Positions 39,211 through 50,707 are shown, counted from the stretch's first letter. The stretch is 64,000 nucleotides of DNA from Nannocystis bainbridge (GCF_028368995.1 NZ_JAQNDL010000001.1:4472531-4536530); one strand, 5' to 3'. Notes: generated by a model from the sequence alone, not told the origin. Translations and numbers: made by a program.

Positions 39211-40575
39211 TCAGCGGTCGCGGGCGCGCTCGACGAGGGCGACGGCGACGTAGACGAGCAGGGCGGCCCCCATCGACACCAGGAACGGGGCGGGGGTGAG
39301 GTCGGCGTAGCGGCCGAGCAGCCACAACACGAGGCCGACGAGCAGGGCCGCGAGGGCGCTGCGCGGGCCGCCGAAGCGGCTCCACAGGGCGAAGGCGAAC
39401 ACGACCACGAGGCCGCCGCCGGTGAAGCCCGAGGCGTCCTCGACGAGGTCGTGGACGCCGTCGGCGGCGCGGCCGACCAGGTAGGCGAGCACGCCGAACA
39501 CGAGGGTGCACAGGCGTGAGATCTTCAGGCGCTGGCGGTCGGTCATGCCGGGGCGCATCGGCTCGACGAGGTTGCGCGCGACCACCGAGGACACGGCCAG
39601 CAGGGCGCCGTCGACGGTCGAGAGGATCGCGGAGATCAGGGCGCCGATGAAGAGGACGTAGGCGACGGGGCCGAGCAGCTTGGCGGCGACGGCCGGCAAG
39701 ATCTGCTCGTGGTGGTCGAGCGGGCCGACGAGGCCGACGCCGACGAGGCCGACGAGCACGGGGATCAGGCCGATGAGCAGGTAGAGGCTGCCGCCGAGCA
39801 AGGTGCTGCGGCGGGCGACCTCGGGCGAGCGACAGGCGAGCACGCGGACGATCAGCTCCTGCGCGGCGAGCGAGCCGAAGATCGGGATCGCCCAGGCGTC
39901 GAGGGTGTCGAGCAGCGAGGCCGAAGATGTCCCGAAGGACAGGCGGTCGGGGGCGACGCTGGCGAGCGCGGGGCCGAGGCCGCCGCTGGCGTCGACGACG
40001 GCCCAGCCGAGCAGGCCGAGGCCGATGACGAGGGCGATGCCCTGGACGAGGTCGGTGACGACGCCGGCCATGAGCCCGCCGGCCGAGGCGTAAGCGACGA
40101 CGGTGCCGGCGGCGAGGGCGATCGCGGCCTCGATGTTCATGCCGGTGCTGGCCGAAAGCACCTGGCCGAAAGCGCGGATCTGGGCCCCGGCCCACAGGAA
40201 CGAGGTCGGCGCGACCAGCAGCGCGGTGACCCGCTCGACGGCGGGCGAGTAGCGCTGGCGCATGAGGTCGGCGATGGTGGCGATCCCGCGGCGCCACAAC
40301 GCGGCGGCGAACAGGACGCCCATGAGCAGGAGGCAGACGGCGTAGCCGAACGGGTCGGCCGAGCCGCCGCCGAGGCCGTGCTCGGCGATCTGGCCGGCGG
40401 CGCCGATGCAGGTCTCGGCGCCGAACCAGGTGGCGAAGATCGTGAAGGTGGCGAGGATGTAGCCGAGGCTGCGGCCGGCCAGCAGGAAGTCCTCCTGGCT
40501 GCGCACGCGCCGGGCCATCCACAGGCCGAGCGCGAGCTGAGCGAGGACGTAGGTGATGACGCCGGCGATGAGCAC
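39211..40575 (-). CDS. Sodium:solute symporter family protein
   Basis: DFLLAGRSL, ATWFG, GG...V.TDLVQG, AILSTVDG; about 13 hydrophobic segments. Confidence 0.92.
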   Translation of the reverse strand: MLIAGVITYVLAQLALGLWMARRVRSQEDFLLAGRSLGYILATFTIFATWFGAETCIGAAGQIAEHGLGGGSADPFGYAVCLLLMGVLFAAALWRRGIATIADLMRQRYSPAVERVTALLVAPTSFLWAGAQIRAFGQVLSASTGMNIEAAIALAAGTVVAYASAGGLMAGVVTDLVQGIALVIGLGLLGWAVVDASGGLGPALASVAPDRLSFGTSSASLLDTLDAWAIPIFGSLAAQELIVRVLACRSPEVARRSTLLGGSLYLLIGLIPVLVGLVGVGLVGPLDHHEQILPAVAAKLLGPVAYVLFIGALISAILSTVDGALLAVSSVVARNLVEPMRPGMTDRQRLKISRLCTLVFGVLAYLVGRAADGVHDLVEDASGFTGGGLVVVFAFALWSRFGGPRSALAALLVGLVLWLLGRYADLTPAPFLVSMGAALLVYVAVALVERARDR

Positions 40576-40591
40576 GGCCGCGGCCCGGGGC

Positions 40592-41413
<822 letters not shown>

Positions 41414-41431
41414 GGTGTCTCGCGAGAAGGG

Positions 41432-41947
<516 letters not shown>

Positions 41948-41994
41948 GGACCTGACGATGGCCGCGCGAGCCGCCCGCGGTCAACCCCGAACCA

Positions 41995-42630
41995 CTAACC
42001 GGGGCGGAGCGCCCGCGGCGGGCCCGAAAGCGCGGGCGCCTCCTCGGCCTCGACGAGGGCCTGCGCGACGATCAGCTCGGCCCGTTTGCGGCCCTGGCCG
42101 AGGCGGGCGGCGGCGAGGAAGAGGGCGGCGGCCCCGACGACGCCGAGCGTGATGCCGGCCCACATGATGAGCGGGGCGAGCAGCGCGCCAAAGGCGGTGA
42201 TGCCGAGCGAGAAGCCGCCGAGGATGAAGCCGCCGAGCGCGAGGTTGCTGCGGCCGGCGCCGGCGTCGACGTCGACCTTGACGAGGGCGCCGCCCTGACC
42301 GTCGCCCTCGGCGCGGATCTTGTAGACCACGCCGGCGCCGTCATCGACGATGTCGGCGCGGCTCGGGCCCTGGCGATGGCCGGTGTGACCGACCTGCTTG
42401 GCGAAGGCGCGACGGACGACGTCGAGCGCCTGCTCGGGCGGCACGTCGAGCCGCGTCTCGGCGCTGTACTGCGCCAGCTCGCCGCCCTCGCTGCGCCGCA
42501 CCAGGGCCTTGCCGGCAGGCGTGGGGCTGTTGCGCTCGACCAGCGCCCGGCGGAGCTCCTCCGGCGAGATCCCCGCCTCTGCTGCCGCCTCGCGCAGCTC
42601 CTGTTCCGATAGGCCAGGTCCCGCGTTCAT
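41995..42630 (-). CDS. Hypothetical membrane protein
   Basis: LSEQELREAAAEAGISP N-terminus; two C-terminal TM helices. Confidence 0.75.
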   Translation of the reverse strand: MNAGPGLSEQELREAAAEAGISPEELRRALVERNSPTPAGKALVRRSEGGELAQYSAETRLDVPPEQALDVVRRAFAKQVGHTGHRQGPSRADIVDDGAGVVYKIRAEGDGQGGALVKVDVDAGAGRSNLALGGFILGGFSLGITAFGALLAPLIMWAGITLGVVGAAALFLAAARLGQGRKRAELIVAQALVEAEEAPALSGPPRALRPG

Positions 42631-42686
42631 CGCCCCGGAAGCGTACCCGATCTCTGCGCTCGCGGCGCGTGGTAGAAGCCGCGGCC

Positions 42687-43808
42687 ATGACGGACGTCGC
42701 AGCGATCGAGGCGCGGCTATCGGCGCTCGCGGGGCGTGGGGTGCAGATCATCGATCCGCGCCAGACCTACGTGGGGCCCGAAGTGCGCATCGAGCGGATC
42801 CACGCAGGGGTGGTGCTACACCCGGGGACGCGGCTGCAGGGCGCGCGCACGTTCCTCGGGCCGGGCGCGGAGATCGGGCGCGAGGGGCCAGTGGTGGCGA
42901 TCGACTGCGTGCTCGGCGAACGCGCGCGGCTCGACGGCGGCTACGCGTCCGGCGCGGTATTGCTGCGCGGGGCGTCGGCCGGGTCGGCGGCACACCTGCG
43001 CGAGGGGACGCTGCTCGAGGAGGAGGCCAGCACGGCCCACGCGGTCGGGCTCAAGCACACGATCGTGCTGAGCTTCGGGACGCTGGGGTCGCTGATCAAC
43101 TTCTGTGACGTGCTGCTCACCGGCGGGACTTCGCGCGAAGATCACTCCGAGGTCGGCAGCGGGTTCATCCACTTCAACTTCACGCCGTGGGGGGCGCGCG
43201 GGGACAAGGCGACGGCGTCGCTGGTCGGCGACGTGCCCCGCGGGGTGCTGCTGCGCGAGCGACGGATCTTCCTCGGCGGCGCGGGCGGGATGGTCGGGCC
43301 GCGCGAGGTCGGCTTCGGCGCGGTGACGGGCGCGGGCCAGGTGGTGCGCAAGGATGTCCCGGAGGACAGGTTGATGGTGCAGCCGCCGCGCGCGGTCGAC
43401 ATCGCCTACGCGCCCGACCAACTCGACGCGGCCGAACCACGGGCGCGCCGGCAGGTCCGCTACATCGCCCAGCTGCACGCGCTGCTGGCGTGGTACCGGC
43501 AGGTGCGGCTGGCGCGGGTGCCAGGCTCGCGCGAGGACGTGCGCGCGGTGCTGGCGGCGGCGATCGAGACGCTGACGCTTTGCGTGGCCGAGCGCGAGAA
43601 GCGGCTCAAAGCCTTTTTAAAGGAGCGCGGCGAGGTGATGCCGGAGCTGGTGGCGCCGGAGCTGGCGTGCCCGCTGGCGATCGCGGCGGAGGAGCCGTAC
43701 GTCGACCACGTGGCGTGGGTCCGCGGGCTCGGGGCGGAGGACGCCACGCGCTGCGTGGAGTGGCTGCGCGCGATCGAGGCGGCGGTGCTCGCGGCGTGGC
43801 CCGCGTGA
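42687..43808 (+). CDS. GlmU C-terminal-like left-handed beta-helix protein
   Basis: GVQIIDP..TYV, HLREGTLLEEEA, VGLK.T, LGSLINFCD, SEVGSG.IHFNF...GDKAT, IFLGG. Confidence 0.75.
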   Translation: MTDVAAIEARLSALAGRGVQIIDPRQTYVGPEVRIERIHAGVVLHPGTRLQGARTFLGPGAEIGREGPVVAIDCVLGERARLDGGYASGAVLLRGASAGSAAHLREGTLLEEEASTAHAVGLKHTIVLSFGTLGSLINFCDVLLTGGTSREDHSEVGSGFIHFNFTPWGARGDKATASLVGDVPRGVLLRERRIFLGGAGGMVGPREVGFGAVTGAGQVVRKDVPEDRLMVQPPRAVDIAYAPDQLDAAEPRARRQVRYIAQLHALLAWYRQVRLARVPGSREDVRAVLAAAIETLTLCVAEREKRLKAFLKERGEVMPELVAPELACPLAIAAEEPYVDHVAWVRGLGAEDATRCVEWLRAIEAAVLAAWPA

Positions 43809-43894
43809 GGGATGAGCGCCTGCGAGGCTCCTGCGACCGGGCGTGGGCGTCGGTAGCAGGGCCGTTCGCACCAGGGCTGTGCTTGCTGCCCTCG

Positions 43895-43964
43895 TGTTCG
43901 AGAGGACAGGTCCTTCGGAGCATGTCCGAAGGACCATGCCCTTGGGGTCATGTCCCGGCGGGCA
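43895..43964. repeat. Five tandem 14-bp units overlapping the lysS stop
   Basis: Units start at 43895, 43909, 43923, 43937 and 43951. Confidence 0.88.
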
Positions 43965-45588
43965 GGCTCGGCGCGAGCAGGGACAGGGCGCGGGCCGGTC
44001 CGATCGCGGTGATCAGCGTGGTCAGCTTGGGGCCCTTGTCGCGGCCGATGAGCAGGTCGTAGACGACCGGGAGGAAGGTCTTGTTGTCGAGGCCGGTGCC
44101 CTCGCACAGCGTCTTCATGGTCGGGACCAACTCGTCCTCGCGGATCTCTTCGCGGCCGCGCAGCGGGGCGAGCAGGCGGGCGAGGCAGGTGGCCTCGTCG
44201 GCGGACAGCTCGCGCAGCTTAGGCTCGCGGCGCAGCTGGTAGCGGAACTCGTCGGGGCCCCACTCGGCGATCCAGTTCCACACGCAGCGGGCGCGCTGGC
44301 GGGTCAGGCGGCGCGACTCGTCGCCGTTGATCTGGCCCGCCTCGGCGTAGTAGGCGACGGTCTTGTCGAGGTCGCCCTCGAAGATCTGCAGCGTCATGCT
44401 GAGGTGGCGGAAGCCGGGCACGAACGGCAGGACGTCGCCCTCGCCGATCCGGCGGTGGTCGACGCTGGCCAGCTGCATGGTGCGCTGGGCGACGAGGCGC
44501 GCCTGGGCGTCCTTGGCCGGCTCGACGCCGTAGGCGATCCGGCGCGTGCGGTCGAAGTTCTCGTAGAGGGTGATGACGTCGAGGTCGAAGCTGATCTGGA
44601 ACTCGGTGTTGGGGCGGAACGAGACGAACATCCAGCGCAGGACCTCGGGCTCGTAGATCTCGAGGCAGTCGGAGACGGTGACGACGTCGCCCTTGCTGCT
44701 CGAGATCTTGCCGGCGCGGCCCTTGATCCGCACGAAGTCGTAGCCGACGTACTCGGGGGCCTGCCAGCCGTAGACGACGCGGACGATGTCCTTGGCGGTG
44801 TCGAAGCTGCCGCCGGCGGTGCTGTGGTCCTTGCCGCCGGGCTCGAAGCAGACGCGCTCGTGGGCCCAGCGCATCGGCCAGTCGATGCGCCACGGGAGCT
44901 TGAGGTTGCCGCCCTGGCGCAGGTCGACGTCGGCGGCGTGCTTGCACGCGCTGCAGTCGTAATGAACGGTCCACTCGTCCTGGACGGCGAAGGCGAGGGT
45001 GTCGCGGCCGCAGTTGTCGCAGAAGCCGGACAGCGGCAGCCAGCCGTCCTCGAGGCGGGTGTTGGCGGTGGTCTTGTCGCGCACGCTGTTGAGGACGGCG
45101 CGGATGTCGGCGGCGTGCTTGAGGGCGAGGCGGATGCCCTCGGCGTAGGCGCCGGCGCGGTAGCGCTGCGACTGACGGATGAACTCGGGCTGGATGCCGA
45201 GCGGGGCGAGGCTCTTCTCGAAGGCGGCGATGTTGTGCCCGGCGTAGCTGTCGTGCTCACCGTAGGGGTCGGGCACGGCGCTGATGCTGCGGCGCAGGTT
45301 GTCGTTCAACATGTCGCGCTGCGGCATGTCGGCCGGGACCTTGCGCAGGACGTCGAAGTCGTCCCACGAGTAGATGAAGCGGACGTCGGCGCCGCGGTCG
45401 CGCAGGGCCCGAGCGACGAGGTCGACGGTGATGACCTCGCGGAAGTTGCCGACGTGGACGACGCCCGAAGGCGTGATGCCGGCGGCGACGGTGACGACCT
45501 TGGCGTCCGCGTGCGCGGCAAGAGTCTTGGCGGCGGCCGCGTCGGCCCAGTGATTGAGGTACGGATCTTGACCCGCTGCGGGCTCCAT
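43948..45588 (-). CDS. lysS: Class I lysine--tRNA ligase
   Basis: HWAD, GITPSGVVHVGNFRE (HIGH-like), KLPWRIDWPMRW, EPGGKDH, KISSSKG (KMSKS-like), GPKL. Confidence 0.94.
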   Translation of the reverse strand: MEPAAGQDPYLNHWADAAAAKTLAAHADAKVVTVAAGITPSGVVHVGNFREVITVDLVARALRDRGADVRFIYSWDDFDVLRKVPADMPQRDMLNDNLRRSISAVPDPYGEHDSYAGHNIAAFEKSLAPLGIQPEFIRQSQRYRAGAYAEGIRLALKHAADIRAVLNSVRDKTTANTRLEDGWLPLSGFCDNCGRDTLAFAVQDEWTVHYDCSACKHAADVDLRQGGNLKLPWRIDWPMRWAHERVCFEPGGKDHSTAGGSFDTAKDIVRVVYGWQAPEYVGYDFVRIKGRAGKISSSKGDVVTVSDCLEIYEPEVLRWMFVSFRPNTEFQISFDLDVITLYENFDRTRRIAYGVEPAKDAQARLVAQRTMQLASVDHRRIGEGDVLPFVPGFRHLSMTLQIFEGDLDKTVAYYAEAGQINGDESRRLTRQRARCVWNWIAEWGPDEFRYQLRREPKLRELSADEATCLARLLAPLRGREEIREDELVPTMKTLCEGTGLDNKTFLPVVYDLLIGRDKGPKLTTLITAIGPARALSLLAPSLPAGT

Positions 45589-45760
45589 GGCCGAAAGGTT
45601 GTCGCAGATGCGCGACGCGGCGAGAAGCCCCGCGCTCACGAGCGCTGGTGACTTTGCAGCGGCAAGCAGCGACGACGCAGGCGCGGAGCGCAGGGCCCGG
45701 CGCCCGTCCAGGCCCGGCGCCATGCGCCGCGGATGAGGCGGCGCGGCGGCGGTCGTGATG

Positions 45761-45783
45761 GGCAGCGGTGAGGCACCGCTGCC
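45761..45783. terminator. Hairpin after the TPR lipoprotein gene
   Basis: GGCAGCGGTG-AGG-CACCGCTGCC perfect stem; no U-tract. Confidence 0.4.
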
Positions 45784-45790
45784 GTCGGGC

Positions 45791-46627
45791 TCATTTCGCG
45801 GCGGCCGGGGCGGGGCCGCAGTTGGCCTCGTCCTGGAGCGCGTTGGCCGCGTCGATCAAGGGCTGGCCGGCGCCCTTGGTGGTGTAGATCTTGGCGGCCT
45901 CGGCGATCAGGCGGCACGCCTCGGGGGTGTTCTTCTTGTCCTTGTAGCGGACGACGGCGGCCTGGCCCTCGAGCGCGCGGGCGCCGAGGAGCTCGTTGCC
46001 CGGCTGCTTCTCGACCAGGCGCTGGGCCTTGACGAAGGTCGAGGCGGCCGAGTCGAGCTCGCCGGGGTTGACGATCGCGTTGTCCTCGCCGCCGAAGGCG
46101 AGGTTGATCTTGGTGTTGCCGTACATGACGAGGGCGAGGCCGGCGTTGGGGCCGTCCTTCTGGAGGTTGTAAGCCTCCTCGAAGTCGGCGGCGGCGCCGG
46201 CGAAGTCCTCGGTCTTGAGCTTGTAAGCGCCCTGAGCCAGCTTGGCGGCGATCTTCACCTCGGGGTCGCCGGTCTGCTCGGCCATCGCCTGGGCGTGGTC
46301 GGCGGGCTCCTTGGCGTTCTCGACGACGTCTTCGGCGAGCGCGAGCGACAACCATGCAGCGCCGAGGCCGGAGGCGCGGGCCTTCTCCTTCGACTTGAGG
46401 TCGTCGACGAGCGGCTTCATGGTCTCGATGACCTGGCCGTACTGGCCGGCGATGTACTTGGCGCGGGCCTCGGCGATCGCGGGCGGGTCGGGCTCGGTGG
46501 TGACGGGCGCCGGCTTGTCGGCGTCGGTGGTGGCGGGCTTGTCGTCGGACGGCTTGTCGGTGTCCGCGGACTTCTTGCAAGCCGCGGTCAGGCTGAACGC
46601 GGCGAGGCAGACGAGGATGCGCTTCAT
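45791..46627 (-). CDS. TPR-like lipoprotein
   Basis: MKRILVCLAAFSLTAAC lipobox; Ala-rich helical repeats; ATGA overlap with the upstream gene. Confidence 0.85.
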   Translation of the reverse strand: MKRILVCLAAFSLTAACKKSADTDKPSDDKPATTDADKPAPVTTEPDPPAIAEARAKYIAGQYGQVIETMKPLVDDLKSKEKARASGLGAAWLSLALAEDVVENAKEPADHAQAMAEQTGDPEVKIAAKLAQGAYKLKTEDFAGAAADFEEAYNLQKDGPNAGLALVMYGNTKINLAFGGEDNAIVNPGELDSAASTFVKAQRLVEKQPGNELLGARALEGQAAVVRYKDKKNTPEACRLIAEAAKIYTTKGAGQPLIDAANALQDEANCGPAPAAAK

Positions 46628-47337
46628 TCGGTGGTCTCCTGCGGGGCCTGGGCGGGGGAGGCTGGGGAGGATAACGCCTCGGCGGCGGCGGGCACGGGAG
46701 TTTCTGCCGCGGCGGGCAAATTCGACCGGCTGTGGACGCGCACGTAGAGGTTGCCGTCGCCGCCCATCGAGCCGTAGACGAGGCGGGTCGGGTCGGGGTC
46801 GCTGCCGAACCGCTCGGGTTTGAACCGGCCGATGACCTCGATCTCGTCGCCGATGTAGAGGCCGGAGCCGGCCACGCGCGGACCGGTCTTCTCCTCGGGG
46901 GCGATGACTTCGGCGCGGTCGAGGTTCTCGAGCGTGAGGCGGCCGGTGGCGTCGCTGACGACGACGATCTCGGCGGCGACGGCGGCGTCACGCGGGGCGC
47001 CGCTGCGGTTGCGCCACACGCACTCGCGGCCCGGGGCGCCGCCGAGGTTGCCGTCGGCGGTGGTGATGACGCCGCGGATCATGATCGGCTGGGCGTCAGC
47101 GGCGGCGATCGGCGTGAGCAGGCCACGCTCGAGGGCGCGACCGACGAAGCCGGAGAACTGCGGGTCGCTGCGGATCGCGCCCTTCGGCATGCGGCGACCC
47201 TGAGGCTCGAGGTTGCGGGCGCTGCCGAGGCGCTTCGCCCGGAAGTTGCCGAGCATGTAGACGAGGATCGCGACCGGGATCAGGACGGCGAGGAAGACGT
47301 AGGACCACTCGAAGGTCGGGGCGGCTTCGACGGGCAT
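46624..47337 (-). CDS. Membrane-anchored hypothetical protein
   Basis: N-terminal TM helix; coupled to both neighbours. Confidence 0.75.
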   Translation of the reverse strand: MPVEAAPTFEWSYVFLAVLIPVAILVYMLGNFRAKRLGSARNLEPQGRRMPKGAIRSDPQFSGFVGRALERGLLTPIAAADAQPIMIRGVITTADGNLGGAPGRECVWRNRSGAPRDAAVAAEIVVVSDATGRLTLENLDRAEVIAPEEKTGPRVAGSGLYIGDEIEVIGRFKPERFGSDPDPTRLVYGSMGGDGNLYVRVHSRSNLPAAAETPVPAAAEALSSPASPAQAPQETTE

Positions 47338-47341
47338 GCGA

Positions 47342-48583
47342 TCACCAGTACGCCTCGGCGAGCGCGAGGGTGAAGCCGAGCTTCTCGTGATCCTCGGCGA
47401 CGGTCTTGCCCTCGACCAGCGAGCGACCGGAGCCGCCAGGCTCGATGCGGGCGATGCGGGCCCCGGCCATGCGCTGACCGTCGGAGAAGTGGACCTCGGG
47501 CAGCACGTTCTCGATCGCCACGGTGCTGCGGTTCTTGACCAGCAAGATCCACCGGATCCGTCCGAGCCAGATCTCCGGCGAGCCCTCGACCTCGATCTGG
47601 ACCGCCGGGTAGATGTCGTAGGCGCGGTTGGCCCGGCCGTCGTGCGGGCGCGGCAAGAGCTTCATGCGCTCGGCCTGGTAGTCCATCTCGACCAGGAACT
47701 CGCGCATGACGTTGAGCCCGAGCAGGCCCTGCGAGCGGTCGTTGGCGCAGCCGTCACACACGCTGACGAGCAGGCCGTTGAGCTCGATGCCGCCGAGGCG
47801 CAGCACCGGCAAGTAGACCATCCGGCTCTCGCGCGGGCCGCTGGCGGTGTTGAACTGCAGCGTGGGCGCGTCGGCCGGGACCTTGAGCCCGAGCTTGGCG
47901 GCGGTCTCGGTGTGCACGGTGGTGAACGAGGCGCCGGTGTCGAACAGGTACGGCAGATCGAGGCGACCGCCGGGGCCCTCGAGCTGGACGTTCATGAGGA
48001 TCGCGTTGCCGGCGGCGGAGAAGGGCACGGCGATCGCAGTGTTCGGCGCGGCGCCCGGCGCGAGGGTCACGGGCGTCGGCGCGGACTCGCTCGCTCTCGC
48101 CGCGGCGCGCGGCGCGGCGGGCGGGGCGAGGCGATCTGCGAGACCGTTGCCCACCGCACTGAGGATCCGCGCGACCTTGTGAGAATCACCGAAGCGTGTG
48201 CCAGCGAGGTCACCCTGGGCCCGGAGCGACTGGACCAGCAAACCCGGGATCACCTGAGTGCAGAGAAGGATCGCGCCGAGGTTCCACAGCAACGGCAGCC
48301 ACATCATCGCCGCGGACAGGCGGCGGCCGTCGGTGCCGTACTTCCACACGGAGAGGGCGACCGGCAGGCCCAGAGTGACGACGAACGCGAGGATCCACAG
48401 CCACGGGGCCGATACACGGGCGTCGAGCTGAGCGGTCCGCGCGAGCGAAAAGTTGCACCACAGCGCGAACGGCACCACGAACATCGAGGCCAGGACGAGC
48501 GCAAAGGCGCCGAGCGAACTCAGCGCCGCGGACGCGGTCATGGCCGACCTGGCGTGCCTCGGTGCGCTGCGCGAAATGTTCAC
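47342..48583 (-). CDS. Membrane-anchored retropepsin-like aspartic protease
   Basis: Three TM segments, then LFDTGAS..., FNTASG, GLLGLN. Start uncertain. Confidence 0.85.
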   Translation of the reverse strand: MNISRSAPRHARSAMTASAALSSLGAFALVLASMFVVPFALWCNFSLARTAQLDARVSAPWLWILAFVVTLGLPVALSVWKYGTDGRRLSAAMMWLPLLWNLGAILLCTQVIPGLLVQSLRAQGDLAGTRFGDSHKVARILSAVGNGLADRLAPPAAPRAAARASESAPTPVTLAPGAAPNTAIAVPFSAAGNAILMNVQLEGPGGRLDLPYLFDTGASFTTVHTETAAKLGLKVPADAPTLQFNTASGPRESRMVYLPVLRLGGIELNGLLVSVCDGCANDRSQGLLGLNVMREFLVEMDYQAERMKLLPRPHDGRANRAYDIYPAVQIEVEGSPEIWLGRIRWILLVKNRSTVAIENVLPEVHFSDGQRMAGARIARIEPGGSGRSLVEGKTVAEDHEKLGFTLALAEAYW

Positions 48584-48674
48584 TTGCAGATACTATCTCG
48601 AGTGAGTGTCGTGGGGGCCAGTGAAGACTGTCGTTGGATCCTCGCGGGGAAAACCCGTAGGATGTGGCGACGGG

Positions 48675-49808
48675 ATGGCTGACGCGCCGAAGCCTGCGAA
48701 GATCGCCACGTTCGGCGTGCGCTTCGAATCCTACGACGACTTCCTCGTAGAGTACACAGACAACCTGCGACGCGGGTTTCTGCTGCTCCCGGGCGTTCGT
48801 AATCTCGAGACGGGCCAGCCGGTGCGGGTCAAGCTGAGCCTGCCGAACCGCGCCATTTTGTACCTCAGCGGCACGGCGGTCGACCTCGGAGCCGACGGCG
48901 GCAAGGGCACGCTGATCCAACTGGCCGCGTTCACGGCCGAGCAGGAGCGGATCTTCGGCCTGTGCGTGAACTCGGTGCTCGACGCTTCGACGAGCCCGCA
49001 AGCCGAGCCGCCGCCGTCGCGCGCGCTCAACGTGCTGCTGGTCGACGACTCGCCGAGCGTGCGCGCGGAGATGGCTGCGGCGCTGCGCGAGCGCGGGCTC
49101 AACGTCACCACCGCGGACAACGGATTGATGGCGATCTCGGCCGCGCTCAAGAGCGAGCCGGACCTGCTGCTCACCGACGTCGAGATGCCCGAGATGGACG
49201 GCTGGACGCTGCTGCGGATGGCCCGCGGCCGCAAGAAGCTGGCCCACGTGCCGATCGTGTTCCTGACCGCGCTGTCCGACGACATGTCGCGCCTCCAGGG
49301 CTATCGCATGGGCGTCGACGACTTCCTGCCGAAGAACCTGTCCGCGGACGAGATCGTGGCCCGCCTGCAAGGCGTGGTCGCGCGCCGCACCGGCCTCGGG
49401 GCCGTGGAGAACCGCGGGCTGCGCGGCGACCTGCAGCACGTCCGCCTCGGCAGCGTGCTGTCGTTCCTCGAGGCCGAGAAGAAGACCGGCGACCTGCGGC
49501 TCGACAGCGGGCAAGACAGCGCGGTGCTGCGGCTGGTCCAGGGCGTGCTGCGCGACGTGAAGAACCTCGGCTACGCCGCCTCGGCGATCGACCGCGTGTT
49601 CGACCTGCTCGGCTGGGAGGGCGGACACTTCGAGTTCTTCACGCTCGAGCCGCGCGAGCTCGGCGACCTGTCGCTCGCGCCGCTGTCGGTGACGTGGCTG
49701 CTGATGGAGCACGCGCGCCGCGAAGACGAGGCCAACGAGAGCGCCCGCCGCGAGCGGCTGCTCAACGAGCGCGCCGGACAGTCGGGCTCGTTCGAGCAGG
49801 ACCTTTGA
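48675..49808 (+). CDS. PilZ-like + receiver + DUF4388 response regulator
   Basis: RFESYDDF..EY..NL..G; VLLVDD..LLTDVEMP; LRGDL....GSVLSFLEAEKKTG...WEGGHFEF. Confidence 0.85.
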   Translation: MADAPKPAKIATFGVRFESYDDFLVEYTDNLRRGFLLLPGVRNLETGQPVRVKLSLPNRAILYLSGTAVDLGADGGKGTLIQLAAFTAEQERIFGLCVNSVLDASTSPQAEPPPSRALNVLLVDDSPSVRAEMAAALRERGLNVTTADNGLMAISAALKSEPDLLLTDVEMPEMDGWTLLRMARGRKKLAHVPIVFLTALSDDMSRLQGYRMGVDDFLPKNLSADEIVARLQGVVARRTGLGAVENRGLRGDLQHVRLGSVLSFLEAEKKTGDLRLDSGQDSAVLRLVQGVLRDVKNLGYAASAIDRVFDLLGWEGGHFEFFTLEPRELGDLSLAPLSVTWLLMEHARREDEANESARRERLLNERAGQSGSFEQDL

Positions 49809-49810
49809 GA

Positions 49811-49884
49811 GGTCCGCGAGGACATGTCCGTGAGGGCATGTCCGTGAGAGCATGCGCGTCGGGACAGGTCCCGAGGGACATGCC
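49811..49884. repeat. Five tandem 14-bp units
   Basis: Units start at 49811, 49825, 49839, 49853 and 49867. Confidence 0.9.
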
Positions 49885-49886
49885 GT

Positions 49887-49933
49887 AAAAGACAGAGCGC
49901 CCGCCGGGCCGGTTCGGGCTCGGGGGCGCTCTG
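49887..49933 (-). terminator. Possible intrinsic terminator
   Basis: CAGAGCGCCC...GGGCGCTCTG stem followed by TCTTTT on the minus strand. Confidence 0.5.
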
Positions 49934-49972
49934 CGTTGCGAGCCGGCTCGGGCGCGAGCCGCTCGGGGGCGA

Positions 49973-50356
49973 TCAGCGGGCCGGCTTGCCCTTGCCGGAG
50001 GTGTTGGCGGCCTTGGGCGCGGCGCCGTCGGTGCCGCAGGCGGCGTCGGCGATCCAGCGGCTGCCGGACTGATAGGGCTGGGTGTTGAGGATCAGCAGGT
50101 TGCCGCCGTTCATGCCGCAGTGCTCCCTGGCGAGGTCGACGGCCTCTTGCGCGGAGGGAGCCTTGCCGATGGCGGTGCCGAGCTGGGTGTACGCGGTGTC
50201 GCCGAGGGCGTCCCTGGAGGCGACGGTCTTGACCTGCGAGGCCGGCACGCGCGCGCCGGTGCCGTTGCCCTTGAACTTGCCGGAGTAACCGCCGGCGCAG
50301 GCGCCCAGGGCGAGGGCGAAGGAGAACAGGAGGAGAGAACGCGAGGCTTTGCGCAT
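49973..50356 (-). CDS. Small lipoprotein
   Basis: MRKASRSLLLFSFALALGAC lipobox. Confidence 0.8.
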   Translation of the reverse strand: MRKASRSLLLFSFALALGACAGGYSGKFKGNGTGARVPASQVKTVASRDALGDTAYTQLGTAIGKAPSAQEAVDLAREHCGMNGGNLLILNTQPYQSGSRWIADAACGTDGAAPKAANTSGKGKPAR

Positions 50357-50380
50357 ATGAGAGGCTCCGATGGTGCGGCG

Positions 50381-50680
50381 TCAGACGGCGGGGGGGCCGG
50401 GCAGATTTCCAGGGTGCGCGGCCGAACCGGGCCCCGACTGCATGACGCGGAGCGCGGGTGAACGCACGCCCTTCGGCGAGCCGGAGCCGGTGCCGTGGTC
50501 GTGCGGGGCCGACCCTGCCGCCTTTTCGCACGCGCTCGCGCCCTCGCAACGGGCACACGAGCCGCCGCACTCGCCCTTGCGGCGGACCAGCCAGCGGGCG
50601 GTCAGCCAGCCCGCGGCGAGCGCGACGGCGGCGAGCGCGGCGATCTGTTGCAGCAGGACCTGGAGATCGGCTTCGGGCAT
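50381..50680 (-). CDS. Small Cys-rich membrane protein (FeoB-associated-like architecture)
   Basis: Single TM helix followed by KGECGGSCARC; directly downstream of fur. Confidence 0.6.
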   Translation of the reverse strand: MPEADLQVLLQQIAALAAVALAAGWLTARWLVRRKGECGGSCARCEGASACEKAAGSAPHDHGTGSGSPKGVRSPALRVMQSGPGSAAHPGNLPGPPAV

Positions 50681-50707
50681 GGTGACGCGCAGCACAAACA
50701 GCGTACT

